From: a virus
Lineage: Duplodnaviria > Caudoviricetes
DNA length: 64,000 nt
Reading direction: 5' to 3' (one strand)
Virus record (IMG/VR): IMGVR_UViG_3300048670_001567
Span: 30,536 to 94,535 of that record
Shown here: piece after piece, positions 30,141 through 39,067 of the stretch
Numbering within the stretch: position 1 is the first letter of the stretch
Layout: each line of letters begins with the position of its first letter
Translations under genes and position numbers: made by a program
Notes under the pieces: model-generated
The model's input: only the letters and a program-made list of their open reading frames with translations
Told to the model about the DNA's origin: nothing
Databases searched by the model: none

Positions 30141-30384
30141 TACGATCTAAAAAAATCATGGTCAATGACACAGTCAATGACATCACGGCAGTGGCCACAC
30201 CAATGGCCTTGATGATTTGTTCGCGGCCCTGTGACCTCATTCGAGTGAGTTCGTCAATCTCTGCTTCAGCCTGGGCCAGTCTGCGCTCAATGGCTCGATA
30301 ACGATGACCACATATTTCCACATGTGCTTCCAAATTGTCTTTTTCAATGTCATCTGACTTTTTTGTGGTGTGGTGAACTATCAT
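30133..30384 (-). CDS. coiled-coil plus TM protein, paralogue of 1858..2124
   Basis: IEKDNLEAHVEIC versus IEKQNLEAHVELC. Confidence 0.7.
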   Translation of the reverse strand: MIVHHTTKKSDDIEKDNLEAHVEICGHRYRAIERRLAQAEAEIDELTRMRSQGREQIIKAIGVATAVMSLTVSLTMIFLDRIG

Positions 30385-30389
30385 TTAAA

Positions 30390-31094
30390 TTATCCTATGA
30401 CGAACGACAGAGGATACTGTGATATTATCCCTCTGCTAATTAGATCAGCAATGCTGGTATATCCCCGATTGGTGTGATTGGGAATGCCACTGACTGCCAC
30501 TTTGAGGATATTATCCAGGGCAATACTGTCAGCAGCAAAATCTTTATCGTATCTGGCCTGGAAGTCTTCCAGCCAGAATCTGGTCAGAGTGACCATCATT
30601 TCCGACATCAGGTCTCGAGGCCACTGACTGGGATTGAGTTCGTTAAGGTACAGGGCCAACTCATCAGCCTGTTTGCTCCAGATGGTTTCAAATACTTCGA
30701 CATCACGTCGATTCTTTATGGCATCAACCACCTTGGTGCCGTTGACGGCTATGGCAGTCAACAAGTTGCCCACCCGGGTACCAGCAGCTATACCATAGTA
30801 GGGCACAAAAAAATTACCAATTTCTGCTGCAGATTTTTTTAGATTTTTCTCCACAGTGGGCGTACTGTCCAGATTACCAAAGTCACTGACACTGAAGTTG
30901 ATCATGCCCAGACTGAATCTGGTCCAGAGTGTTCGGCTATCCATTCTGAATACCAGTGTGCGTTCGTTGATCACCAGAGCAGGCAGTTCGCCTGTGACGG
31001 GAGTCACCACCGATGCTGCTTTGATTGCACGAGATAGACCCGCAACATCATCGAAATGTTCTTCAACAATATCGTGTGTGATTTTTTTGTACAT
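30390..31094 (-). CDS. helical-bundle protein
   Basis: paralogue of 26171..26884. Confidence 0.75.
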   Translation of the reverse strand: MYKKITHDIVEEHFDDVAGLSRAIKAASVVTPVTGELPALVINERTLVFRMDSRTLWTRFSLGMINFSVSDFGNLDSTPTVEKNLKKSAAEIGNFFVPYYGIAAGTRVGNLLTAIAVNGTKVVDAIKNRRDVEVFETIWSKQADELALYLNELNPSQWPRDLMSEMMVTLTRFWLEDFQARYDKDFAADSIALDNILKVAVSGIPNHTNRGYTSIADLISRGIISQYPLSFVIG

Positions 31095-31105
31095 GTGTTG
31101 TTCTC

Positions 31106-31291
31106 TTAGTAAATTGCAGTGGGTGAAAAAATCTGGTTGATGCCAGCAGCCGCACCAGTATTGATGACACTCTGATTGGCCAGCTGACTTTGAAAAGCAT
31201 TAACGCCATAGTTTGCGTAGTATGATTGATAGGGTGGATACAAGGGTTGCATATATGGACTTCTGTAGTACGGATAGTAATAACCAAACAT
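31106..31291 (-). CDS. Tyr/Pro-rich small protein with NAFQSQ...VINTG C-terminal motif
   Basis: AGGAG RBS; motif shared with 31527 and 32096 proteins. Confidence 0.85.
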   Translation of the reverse strand: MFGYYYPYYRSPYMQPLYPPYQSYYANYGVNAFQSQLANQSVINTGAAAGINQIFSPTAIY

Positions 31292-31311
31292 TTTGTTAAT
31301 CTCCTATTAAA

Positions 31312-31336
31312 ATAGCGGGCTCTAAGAGCCCGCTAT
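31312..31336 (-). terminator. internal terminator/attenuating hairpin
   Basis: 12-bp perfect inverted repeat ATAGCGGGCTCT/AGAGCCCGCTAT followed by a short T-run on the minus strand. Confidence 0.75.
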
Positions 31337-31344
31337 CACTACTT

Positions 31345-31506
31345 TTAGTACGGATAACCGTAGAAGCCGCCCCAGTATGGATATGCAAAACCTCCATAGT
31401 AGGGATATCCTATGCCTGCTGCCAGGTATGGTCTCATACCAAACCCACCGCAGCCGCCATATGGATAACAACCGCCAAAGCCACCGTAACCCCATGGTCT
31501 AAACAT
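31345..31506 (-). CDS. 53-aa Gly/Tyr-rich peptide (not in ORF track)
   Basis: MFRPWGYGGFGGCYPYGGCGGFGMRPYLAAGIGYPYYGGFAYPYWGGFYGYPY; GGAGG RBS. Confidence 0.85.
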   Translation of the reverse strand: MFRPWGYGGFGGCYPYGGCGGFGMRPYLAAGIGYPYYGGFAYPYWGGFYGYPY

Positions 31507-31526
31507 AATGCTTTTCCTCCTTTGGG

Positions 31527-32084
31527 TTAAGTCCCAATACGTGTTGGATTATTGTTCTGTGTGGTGTTGGCAATGTTGCCAGTATTAACCACACGTTGAC
31601 CGCTAATCTGACTACCAAATGCATTGATTAAACTATTGGTGTTGGCACTTTGTACTGCACTGTTCAACCCACCGTACGCCAGACCCAGACCACCATAGGC
31701 AACACCCACGCCAGTCAAGGCAGTGTTGGTGTTGATCAATGCTGTGTTCAGGTTCTGTGTGTTCAGGAAGTTGACCAAACCACGAGTGGCTTCGCCTTGT
31801 TCCATGACCAAACGCTGGGTTGACATGGCCGAGGCGCCCACTGCAGCACCACCGCGCGATTCGGCCAACATGGCTTCCACAGTGCCTTTGTTAACTGCCT
31901 GCTTGAGATCAGCAAATGCTGATGTATTACGCAAGGCCACCTGCATGCCACGATTGTTGATGTCGTTGGTCTGTGCAACACTTAGTTTATATCCTTCAAA
32001 CACACCATCAGAAACCTTGGTCTTGGTAGCCTCGATTTCTCTTGATAGTGCGTAGAAGGGATCCATTGTAAATTCTCCAGCCAT
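31527..32084 (-). CDS. Ala/Asn/Thr/Gly-rich putative structural subunit (copy 2)
   Basis: tandem paralogue of 32096..32656; AAGGAG RBS. Confidence 0.85.
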   Translation of the reverse strand: MAGEFTMDPFYALSREIEATKTKVSDGVFEGYKLSVAQTNDINNRGMQVALRNTSAFADLKQAVNKGTVEAMLAESRGGAAVGASAMSTQRLVMEQGEATRGLVNFLNTQNLNTALINTNTALTGVGVAYGGLGLAYGGLNSAVQSANTNSLINAFGSQISGQRVVNTGNIANTTQNNNPTRIGT

Positions 32085-32095
32085 TTTATATCTCC

Positions 32096-32656
32096 TTAAA
32101 GGATGTTAGTGGGGTTCGCTGTCTGAGTTGTACCAGTCATTGTCCCAGTATTGATAACACCTTGGCTTGCTAGTTGGCTTTGAAAAGCATTGATCGCACT
32201 GTTGGTGTTAGCACTCTGATAGGCAGTGTTCAAACCACCATAAGCCAGACCCAAACCACCGTAAGCCAGACCACCACCAACCAATGCTGTGTTGGTATTG
32301 ATCAGTGCTGTGTTTAGGTTCTGTGTGTTCAGTGCGTTGACCAAACCACGTGTGCGCTCGGCTTCTTCCATGATCAGACGTTGTGTTGCCATGGCAGTTG
32401 CGCCAATCTGTGCGTCTGTGCGACTTGCTGCCAACATGGTTTGCAGTGTACCGTCTGCTACGGCTTGCTTGAGATCAGCCAATGCTGTGGCATCATGCAG
32501 AGCAACCTGCATGGCACGATTGTTGATGTCGTTGGTTTGAGCTACTTGTAGTTTGTAGTTCTCAAAAATACTGTCTGAAACTTTGGTCTTGGTTGCTTCT
32601 ATTTCTCTGCTTAGAGCATAGAAAGGATCCATTACATAACTTGTTCCGTCGGCCAT
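32096..32656 (-). CDS. Ala/Asn/Thr/Gly-rich putative structural subunit (copy 1)
   Basis: MDPFYALSREIEATKTKVSD, LNTQNLNTALINTNTAL and AYGGLGLAYGGLN identical in both copies. Confidence 0.85.
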   Translation of the reverse strand: MADGTSYVMDPFYALSREIEATKTKVSDSIFENYKLQVAQTNDINNRAMQVALHDATALADLKQAVADGTLQTMLAASRTDAQIGATAMATQRLIMEEAERTRGLVNALNTQNLNTALINTNTALVGGGLAYGGLGLAYGGLNTAYQSANTNSAINAFQSQLASQGVINTGTMTGTTQTANPTNIL

Positions 32657-32731
32657 TTTATATATCTCCTAATTAAGATTATGAGCATTTTTTCATACTC
32701 ATAGATACTTAGAAGATATATGGTGGCGATT

Positions 32732-32746
32732 TGCTCGACTTGAGTC
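32732..32746. promoter_or_regulatory. candidate operator TGCTCGACT-NN-AGTC
   Basis: 13/15 match to the inverted copy at 33523..33537. Confidence 0.5.
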
Positions 32747-32757
32747 TGACCTGTACT

Positions 32758-33513
32758 TTAATTGATAGTACTTTTACTTCGCTGATTAAACAGCACCAAC
32801 TGAGTACGATTCTTGACACCGTATTTTTTAAATATGGCACTCATGTGCAATTTTACAGTGCTTTCGGATATCCGGAGCAGTCTGGCGATGACCTTGTTGC
32901 TGGCGCCCCGTTCAGACACCAACTTCAAAATTTGATCCTGGCGGGGAGTCAGTATGATATCACCGTCCCGTATCAGATCTCGAGAAGTTTTCTTGCGAGG
33001 GTGCATCAACTGTTGGATCTTTTCCGGAATGTGTGGATGGCCTGCTTCCAGTTCATCCAGAGCCAGCTTTTTCTCCAGTGGAGTAAACTCATCACCACCG
33101 GGATAGATACCCAATATGCCAGTACTCAGGGCATCTCTGATTAGGTGTGTGTCAGTGCTCATATCTGCTCGAACTGCCACCCAAGTGGCCCTGCGTTGAG
33201 TTCGACCCTGTTCTGTCCTGTACACAGTGCATTTTATCAGAGTCAGCAATGTCTGCAATATTTCATAAACTTCACTGATTTGATTTTTAGCGAAATGTGA
33301 CAGGTCCACCACAATCAAATCAATACAGACGTTGGCGTCACTGATCAAAGGAAATAGTTCCTGAATGGTGTCAATTTTACTATAGCATCTGCCAGAACTG
33401 GCGGCTGTTCGTTGCATGTCCAGACAGTGTTCTTGTGCATTTACATAAATTATATTAGGCATGTTGTTCAAATTCCCCGTGTAGTTAATAGTACTTACTA
33501 GTACACCTAACAA
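32758..33513 (-). CDS. LuxR/NarL-family regulator (degenerate receiver plus HTH)
   Basis: LTPRQDQILKLV...SNKVIARLLRISESTVKLHMSAIFKKYGVKNRTQL; start may be MPNII at 33462. Confidence 0.92.
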   Translation of the reverse strand: MLGVLVSTINYTGNLNNMPNIIYVNAQEHCLDMQRTAASSGRCYSKIDTIQELFPLISDANVCIDLIVVDLSHFAKNQISEVYEILQTLLTLIKCTVYRTEQGRTQRRATWVAVRADMSTDTHLIRDALSTGILGIYPGGDEFTPLEKKLALDELEAGHPHIPEKIQQLMHPRKKTSRDLIRDGDIILTPRQDQILKLVSERGASNKVIARLLRISESTVKLHMSAIFKKYGVKNRTQLVLFNQRSKSTIN

Positions 33514-33522
33514 AGTTTTATT

Positions 33523-33537
33523 GACTTGAGTCGAGCA
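33523..33537. promoter_or_regulatory. candidate operator (inverted copy)
   Basis: GACTTGAGTCGAGCA. Confidence 0.5.
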
Positions 33538-33614
33538 TACACTTCAGTATAGGTATTGCATATCTGATATCGATGACAGTCATCGATATTTGATCAAAAA
33601 ATTTTACCAAAAAA

Positions 33615-33641
33615 AACCACGTAAAATTATTTTACGTGGTT
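33615..33641 (-). terminator. rho-independent terminator insulating the LuxR module
   Basis: AACCACGTAAAAT/ATTTTACGTGGTT inverted repeat plus T-run. Confidence 0.75.
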
Positions 33642-33643
33642 GG

Positions 33644-33844
33644 TTATGCAGGGTCTGGTGGGGTCTTGGAAAACTGCCGCAGCAAAGCTGCTGCTTCGGT
33701 GACATCTGTGATGGGTTCCATCCTGTCCCAGATAACAAACTGGTCGTGTATTCTAATCAGTTGGGACAAGTGATACAGGCGCTGATATTTGCCTGTACCA
33801 CCATAGGGCTGAGTCCACGAATGTCTGAAAGATTTATCCATCAC
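33644..33844 (-). CDS. small hypothetical protein
   Basis: 66 aa with its own TTGACA promoter and terminator. Confidence 0.5.
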   Translation of the reverse strand: MMDKSFRHSWTQPYGGTGKYQRLYHLSQLIRIHDQFVIWDRMEPITDVTEAAALLRQFSKTPPDPA

Positions 33845-33875
33845 ATGTATAGATTACTTGGCACTTGGTTTATTG

Positions 33876-34439
33876 TCAAGGATTTTTGGTGGTTTTGAAG
33901 AAAATATGATTACCAATTTTGGCTACGATTTTTCTTTTCCACGCTGGATCAGACACCACATCATAACGATGAAAGAAAAAGGTGTCTGCGCTGATGGCAG
34001 GCAATCTGAATCCGTCAACAAAAACTTTTCGGGCAGCAATATAACTGGGATGATTGCTGCTGACTCGTAAATTTTTTCTGCGTGTGGGGTCACAATACCA
34101 ACTGAATTGACAAACTCTGCTGCCATTTTTAACAACATTCTGCGCAACAACTCTGCAGATATCATCTGGGTATCGGCTACTGCGTGCTCGATTCACAGTG
34201 ACCTGCGCCACTGCCAACTGACCTCGCATGGGTTCTGATCCTGCCTCATAATATACATTGCGAGCCAGGCAAGCCAATTGTCGATCTATACTTTTTAGAT
34301 TGGCCCGATACTTTGATTCCACTGCATAAGCATTGGGCGGCAATTCTCCGCCGTTAATGGCTTGTGGTACTGCTGTTATTCCAACTGTGGACATTATTGC
34401 CCAGGTTAGTAAATTTCTGAAGCGGCGACTGGCCTTCAT
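33876..34439 (-). CDS. SleB-like cell wall hydrolase (Hydrolase_2)
   Basis: CLARNVYYEA, AVAQVTVNR, CQFSW, IGNHIF; N-terminal signal/TM. Confidence 0.92.
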   Translation of the reverse strand: MKASRRFRNLLTWAIMSTVGITAVPQAINGGELPPNAYAVESKYRANLKSIDRQLACLARNVYYEAGSEPMRGQLAVAQVTVNRARSSRYPDDICRVVAQNVVKNGSRVCQFSWYCDPTRRKNLRVSSNHPSYIAARKVFVDGFRLPAISADTFFFHRYDVVSDPAWKRKIVAKIGNHIFFKTTKNP

Positions 34440-34648
34440 AGCGTTTCCTCCTGTTAGTATTGTCTGAATTTTGTGGGCGGTGTCTGCAGTTTTAATTAGT
34501 ATAAACTACCTGCCCTGGAACTGTCAATGTGAACTACTGATTGATGCTGGTGGGTAATGAAATCCTCTGTAATTTTACCAGCATAATAATATATATTCTG
34601 ATGATATCTGAATTTTATATGTAGTTTATGCTGGTATATATCGGATAA

Positions 34649-35482
34649 TTACTCCAAATTTAAAACTCCAGGATTCCTGTTCAGAAAGTCCTGTCTGAAA
34701 TAGTTCCAGACGTCATACAGTTCATCACTCTGGTGGCGGTTTATTTCCACTTTGAGATCGCTCAGTGCCTGAACGGCAGCAAACACCTGCTGATACTTGG
34801 GCAACACTGACGCCTTGGTATGACGATATGCCAGACACCTGATGTTTTCCAATTCGATAAATGTGGGCAATAGTCGTTCAATCAGGAAGGTAAAGTTGGG
34901 CAGTGTTGAGTCGTGTGCGTAGTTGCTGAGACCCTGACCAAACACCAGATTCTCAAACTCGCCATCCTGGTCCGCCTCAGTAAACAAACGACGACTGAAT
35001 GTCATGAATTTATCCCAAAACTCTGGGGTGCCCACCACGTAGTTGGTATACACGGTGCGATTTCTGTCCAGTAATATGCCGCGCACATCCACATCGGTAT
35101 AGCCCAATTTTTTCAAGAATCGATTGCCAATATCAGATATGTTGGGGTGATAATAATCGCCCTGCTCCCAGCAGTTGGCAAACACAGCTTCGTTGACAAT
35201 GCAGGGATTGATCAGATAAACATCATGACCAGGATTGGCTGCAATCCAATCCAGCACAGTCTGCCCTGCCAATCCAGTCTTTTCCTGAAATTTCCAGCTG
35301 ACATAGCCCCACAGGTCCAGACCACTGACCATACGCTGTTCATGGTACTGATCCCAGACATGCCATTCTCGTAATTCTGGGCGGGTATTGGCAGTGTTGT
35401 CCAGTGGCTCAAATGCTGTGTCGCAATGTTCTAATAGTTCAGGCTTATAATATATTTGAAAAATTTTTATGTTGTTGGACAT
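34649..35482 (-). CDS. glycosyltransferase-like hypothetical protein
   Basis: IFQIYY, GYVSWKF and FLIERL motifs; in sugar operon. Confidence 0.55.
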   Translation of the reverse strand: MSNNIKIFQIYYKPELLEHCDTAFEPLDNTANTRPELREWHVWDQYHEQRMVSGLDLWGYVSWKFQEKTGLAGQTVLDWIAANPGHDVYLINPCIVNEAVFANCWEQGDYYHPNISDIGNRFLKKLGYTDVDVRGILLDRNRTVYTNYVVGTPEFWDKFMTFSRRLFTEADQDGEFENLVFGQGLSNYAHDSTLPNFTFLIERLLPTFIELENIRCLAYRHTKASVLPKYQQVFAAVQALSDLKVEINRHQSDELYDVWNYFRQDFLNRNPGVLNLE

Positions 35483-36194
35483 AGGGTGCTATTTCCTCGG
35501 TAAGATCCCGGCTGCGCGGAATAAATTCAGTGGCCAGTCGGTGTTCCAGTGTTTCTCTGTTGGTGATGTGATGAAACCCCCAGTTTCTCTGACGATCGAT
35601 CAGGGGTATCTGTGTCTGTATTTGCAACTTTCGGGATATGGTTTGCTGATCAAACGGACACCAGCCATAATAAAATATCACCAGTTGGTCAGTGGTATAT
35701 TCACCATAGTGTCTGCCAGGCACAGGATACAGAATCGGTACGTTGTGTATGCTTCTGGCTCCGCGATCTACAAAGTGCTCCCGATAACTAAATCCCTGAG
35801 TCTTTTGCAGGTATAATGGCAGCTCTGGTGTGACTGTCTGATCTGGATCGGTGTCCACAAAAAAAATCGAAGGTATAAGAAATTGTCCGGGTTGATCATC
35901 CAAAATTGAATAATTGCCCATCAATAGTTCTGTGACATTCAGACAAATGCGCCATCCCTGAATATTCCACTCGATGTCCATGACTTCATAATCCACTGCA
36001 TCGGCTTGAAAATTGGGATTTCGACTGGTGATAATGTCCCAATCAGGACAAAGTTCCCGAATAATTTCCCTGCTGCTATCTGTGCTGTGATAATCGATCA
36101 TTATGCCATGATCGAAAACCTCACGGTGGTGCCTGAGGAACCAGGGCAACATGTATTCTTCATTGTAAAAATGACACAATACAGTTTTTTTCAT
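35445..36194 (-). CDS. glycosyltransferase family 2-like
   Basis: FYNEEYMLPWFL.HH, IDY.STD.S. Confidence 0.75.
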   Translation of the reverse strand: MKKTVLCHFYNEEYMLPWFLRHHREVFDHGIMIDYHSTDSSREIIRELCPDWDIITSRNPNFQADAVDYEVMDIEWNIQGWRICLNVTELLMGNYSILDDQPGQFLIPSIFFVDTDPDQTVTPELPLYLQKTQGFSYREHFVDRGARSIHNVPILYPVPGRHYGEYTTDQLVIFYYGWCPFDQQTISRKLQIQTQIPLIDRQRNWGFHHITNRETLEHRLATEFIPRSRDLTEEIAPYVQQHKNFSNIL

Positions 36195-37411
36195 TGTTCT
36201 ACACTGATTTTGGGGAAATACCTAACAAACACGTCATCGCCCTGATCACGTCGGGATTTGATTTTTGCACGAATTTCGGCGAAAAAATTCCAGGCCAGGG
36301 GGACGAAAGCCAATTTGTGCTGCTCCAGACCGGTCAAGGCATCAATTCCCACCACTGCATCACCAGTGCCTGGAGTATAGAGCCCCTGCTTTAAAGGATT
36401 GTCGTCGATGATGAAATCCAGTCGGATCTGACCAAAATTCAACAGAGTCATGCCCTTGGCTGCAGCGCCGTAGCCCACCAACTTGTAGCCGCGAGCACGA
36501 AACTCGTCCAGAGTATTTATGAGATCTTTGATGACTTGCCGGCACCGTTCTGCATAGACGTCGTAGGTGATGAGATTTTGTAATCCCAGTTCACGCTCTT
36601 GCCGTAGTACCTGGTCAACCATTGTGGTGTTGCCAGGGGGTTTTCCGATAACAAACACATAACTATTGCCATGGATGGGTGTTTTTACAATGTCCAACAG
36701 GTGCAATCCAGCACGCTTCACCAGCGCATGCATGCTGTTGGCATTGAAGAAACTCAGATGCTCGTGATATATGGTGTCAAATTCATTATTTTTTACCATG
36801 TCAGCCTGACTGGTCTGCACAAACAATCTGCTGCCATCGTGCATGATTTCCCTGCAGGTTTTCAAAAATTCCAGAGGATAACTGTTGTGTGCAAAGACAT
36901 TCTGTGCTGTGATGACATCTAAATTTCGGTTCTTGAGTTCGCCGGTGTGCCTGGCTGTGAAGTAATCGCAGATCACCTGATGATTTTGAGAACTAAGCTC
37001 ATATAAATTTTCTGCTGGGTCGATGCCGTAGGTCCGGAGTCCCAAATTCTGAAAGGCATTCAACTGACTGCCATCATTGCAGGCAATATCCAATACAGAC
37101 TGTGGTGGAGTATCGTAGTATTCCAGCGTAAATCTGGCAAACCAGTCAAAATAGTCTCGCAGAGTCTGGCTGGTTCCGCTCACATACAGATAATTTCTGA
37201 ACAGCAGATCAGGATCAACTGAATGACTCAGTTGCAGATGGGTGCAATTGGTGCACAGATTTAGTTGCAGAGGAAACGTCAATTCCTCTTGGTCTGCGGT
37301 TTTTTTGAAACTGTTGGCCATGGGTTGCTGATTCAGATCCAGCACCAGCTTTAAATCAGATGCGCCACAACACAGGCATTCTGTCAATTCTTTACAATGG
37401 GGTATATTCAT
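36191..37411 (-). CDS. NDP-hexose C-methyltransferase
   Basis: Zn-binding CLCC...C..C, DIACNDG, DTIYHEH, YGAAAKG, DDNPLKQG, AWNF. Confidence 0.92.
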   Translation of the reverse strand: MNIPHCKELTECLCCGASDLKLVLDLNQQPMANSFKKTADQEELTFPLQLNLCTNCTHLQLSHSVDPDLLFRNYLYVSGTSQTLRDYFDWFARFTLEYYDTPPQSVLDIACNDGSQLNAFQNLGLRTYGIDPAENLYELSSQNHQVICDYFTARHTGELKNRNLDVITAQNVFAHNSYPLEFLKTCREIMHDGSRLFVQTSQADMVKNNEFDTIYHEHLSFFNANSMHALVKRAGLHLLDIVKTPIHGNSYVFVIGKPPGNTTMVDQVLRQERELGLQNLITYDVYAERCRQVIKDLINTLDEFRARGYKLVGYGAAAKGMTLLNFGQIRLDFIIDDNPLKQGLYTPGTGDAVVGIDALTGLEQHKLAFVPLAWNFFAEIRAKIKSRRDQGDDVFVRYFPKISVEQ

Positions 37412-38324
37412 TGAGGTGTCCTTCATAATAAATGTATTGATCCCTTCTTTGCAATCGAGATTCAGTGTACCTTTGACAAAGACTCTCCAGTATGGATGCA
37501 GGGGTTTCCCGAAATTGAAAATTGAAGCATTTCTGAAATAATTCAGTGCTCAGGGCAAAATCATAGGCATTGCCCACCAGCCCCTGGTCTATGACTTTGA
37601 TGTCTAATATATCCGCAAGTTGTGTGGCCAGGTCCTGGACAGTGATATTGAAACTGGACAAGTTATATATGCCAGGCACCGGATTTTCCAGACATTGACC
37701 AATTGCTCGACACAGATCTTCTATGCCCAGGATGGCTCTACTGATGTGGCCATTGGTTATGGTGATGTGATTGTTGTTGCGTACAGTTTCATACATGGCA
37801 TTGATCATGACATCAGTGCGCAACACTGGACTCCAGCCATTAACTGTACCAAAACGCAGCCCAATGATGTTTCTGCCCTGTAGTCGGGCATTTTCCGCAG
37901 TGATATCCAGCACATATTTGGTCACATCGTAATTGTTGACCGGAACGAATCCCAAGTTGTTTTCAGTATGTGGTGAATCAGGCTGGCTGTTACCATAGAC
38001 GCTGGCTGAACTGGCATAGACGATCAACTGGTCCTGACTGGTCTTGGCCAATAAATCTGTAAAGTTTGTGACATTATTGAACCAGGCAGATTGGATTGGT
38101 CCGTCACAGGTTTTAACACTACTGTGCCCTGCCAGCAATATCACAGCATCAAATCTTTGCAACTCATGGGCCGATAGTTCCCGATAATCCATGACGATGG
38201 ATTCGGTGTTCTGAGAAAACCAACCGATGTCCACACCAGTCACCAGATGACGTTCTGACAACACCTGGCACAATCTGGAGCCAATGTAACCATTGGCTCC
38301 AATGATTAAAATATTTTTCATCAA
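37392..38324 (-). CDS. NAD-dependent epimerase/dehydratase
   Basis: GANGYIG, ASSASVYG, YDVTK, LRFGTV. Confidence 0.92.
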   Translation of the reverse strand: MMKNILIIGANGYIGSRLCQVLSERHLVTGVDIGWFSQNTESIVMDYRELSAHELQRFDAVILLAGHSSVKTCDGPIQSAWFNNVTNFTDLLAKTSQDQLIVYASSASVYGNSQPDSPHTENNLGFVPVNNYDVTKYVLDITAENARLQGRNIIGLRFGTVNGWSPVLRTDVMINAMYETVRNNNHITITNGHISRAILGIEDLCRAIGQCLENPVPGIYNLSSFNITVQDLATQLADILDIKVIDQGLVGNAYDFALSTELFQKCFNFQFRETPASILESLCQRYTESRLQRRDQYIYYEGHLNEYTPL

Positions 38325-39067
38325 TCGATAATCATCATGCCATTGGGGGCAATGTTGCCCTGTAACCCCACGCGATCCAATTCAACCACCAGGTTATCCG
38401 GAATAAATTTGGCCATACTGTGTTCCACATCAATGTATTTTTGTCGATTGATGGTATCAAACATATTTTCCAAAATCTTCTGGAACAGACTGGTGGTATC
38501 GGCGAACAGGCTGGGCGTAAATGACCAGAGTCTGGTCTGTCGCAGACTGGTCACCCCGGTGTCCTCGCTGGGAATCCAGCTGGGCTGTGACTTCTTGAAT
38601 ACATATTTGTTCTGTGTGGTATCGTTGTCAAAAGCCTGGATGTCGAATTTGTCGGTGAGCACATATCTGCCACTGAGCTTGAAAATTCTGGCTGACTCAG
38701 TCACCCGGGACATCATGTCGGCGTCGCTGGCTATGTAATTCAGTGCTTTGAAAATGCCCAGACATTCCATGGCATTTTTACCAACATCGTAATTGCTGAC
38801 ATTGTTGTGAAAATGCTGAATGTCTGCATCATCACTGTTGTCGATGTAATAGTCCACTAGATCAATCAGCTGATTAAATTCTGCCGAATCATCATTCTGC
38901 ACATCAATAGTGCTGTTATCAATCAAAATAATAGTGGCCTGTGGCAAATACTTACGAACGCTCTGCGCAGTATCCAGGGTTTGTTTGATACGCTCTTGAG
39001 GTGTGTAAATGCCATAGTTACTGTAAACTGCACTGGTCAATAAAACTGTATGCCGATTATCCATTAT
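38321..39067 (-). CDS. hypothetical glycan-related protein
   Basis: LTSAV, ER..QT and FKLSGRY motifs; likely start MDNRH. Confidence 0.6.
   Translation of the reverse strand: MMDNRHTVLLTSAVYSNYGIYTPQERIKQTLDTAQSVRKYLPQATIILIDNSTIDVQNDDSAEFNQLIDLVDYYIDNSDDADIQHFHNNVSNYDVGKNAMECLGIFKALNYIASDADMMSRVTESARIFKLSGRYVLTDKFDIQAFDNDTTQNKYVFKKSQPSWIPSEDTGVTSLRQTRLWSFTPSLFADTTSLFQKILENMFDTINRQKYIDVEHSMAKFIPDNLVVELDRVGLQGNIAPNGMMIID

Noticed and set aside
31527-32656. R-body (RebB) or gas vesicle identity
   Set aside because: Only compositional similarity; signature motifs and lengths do not match
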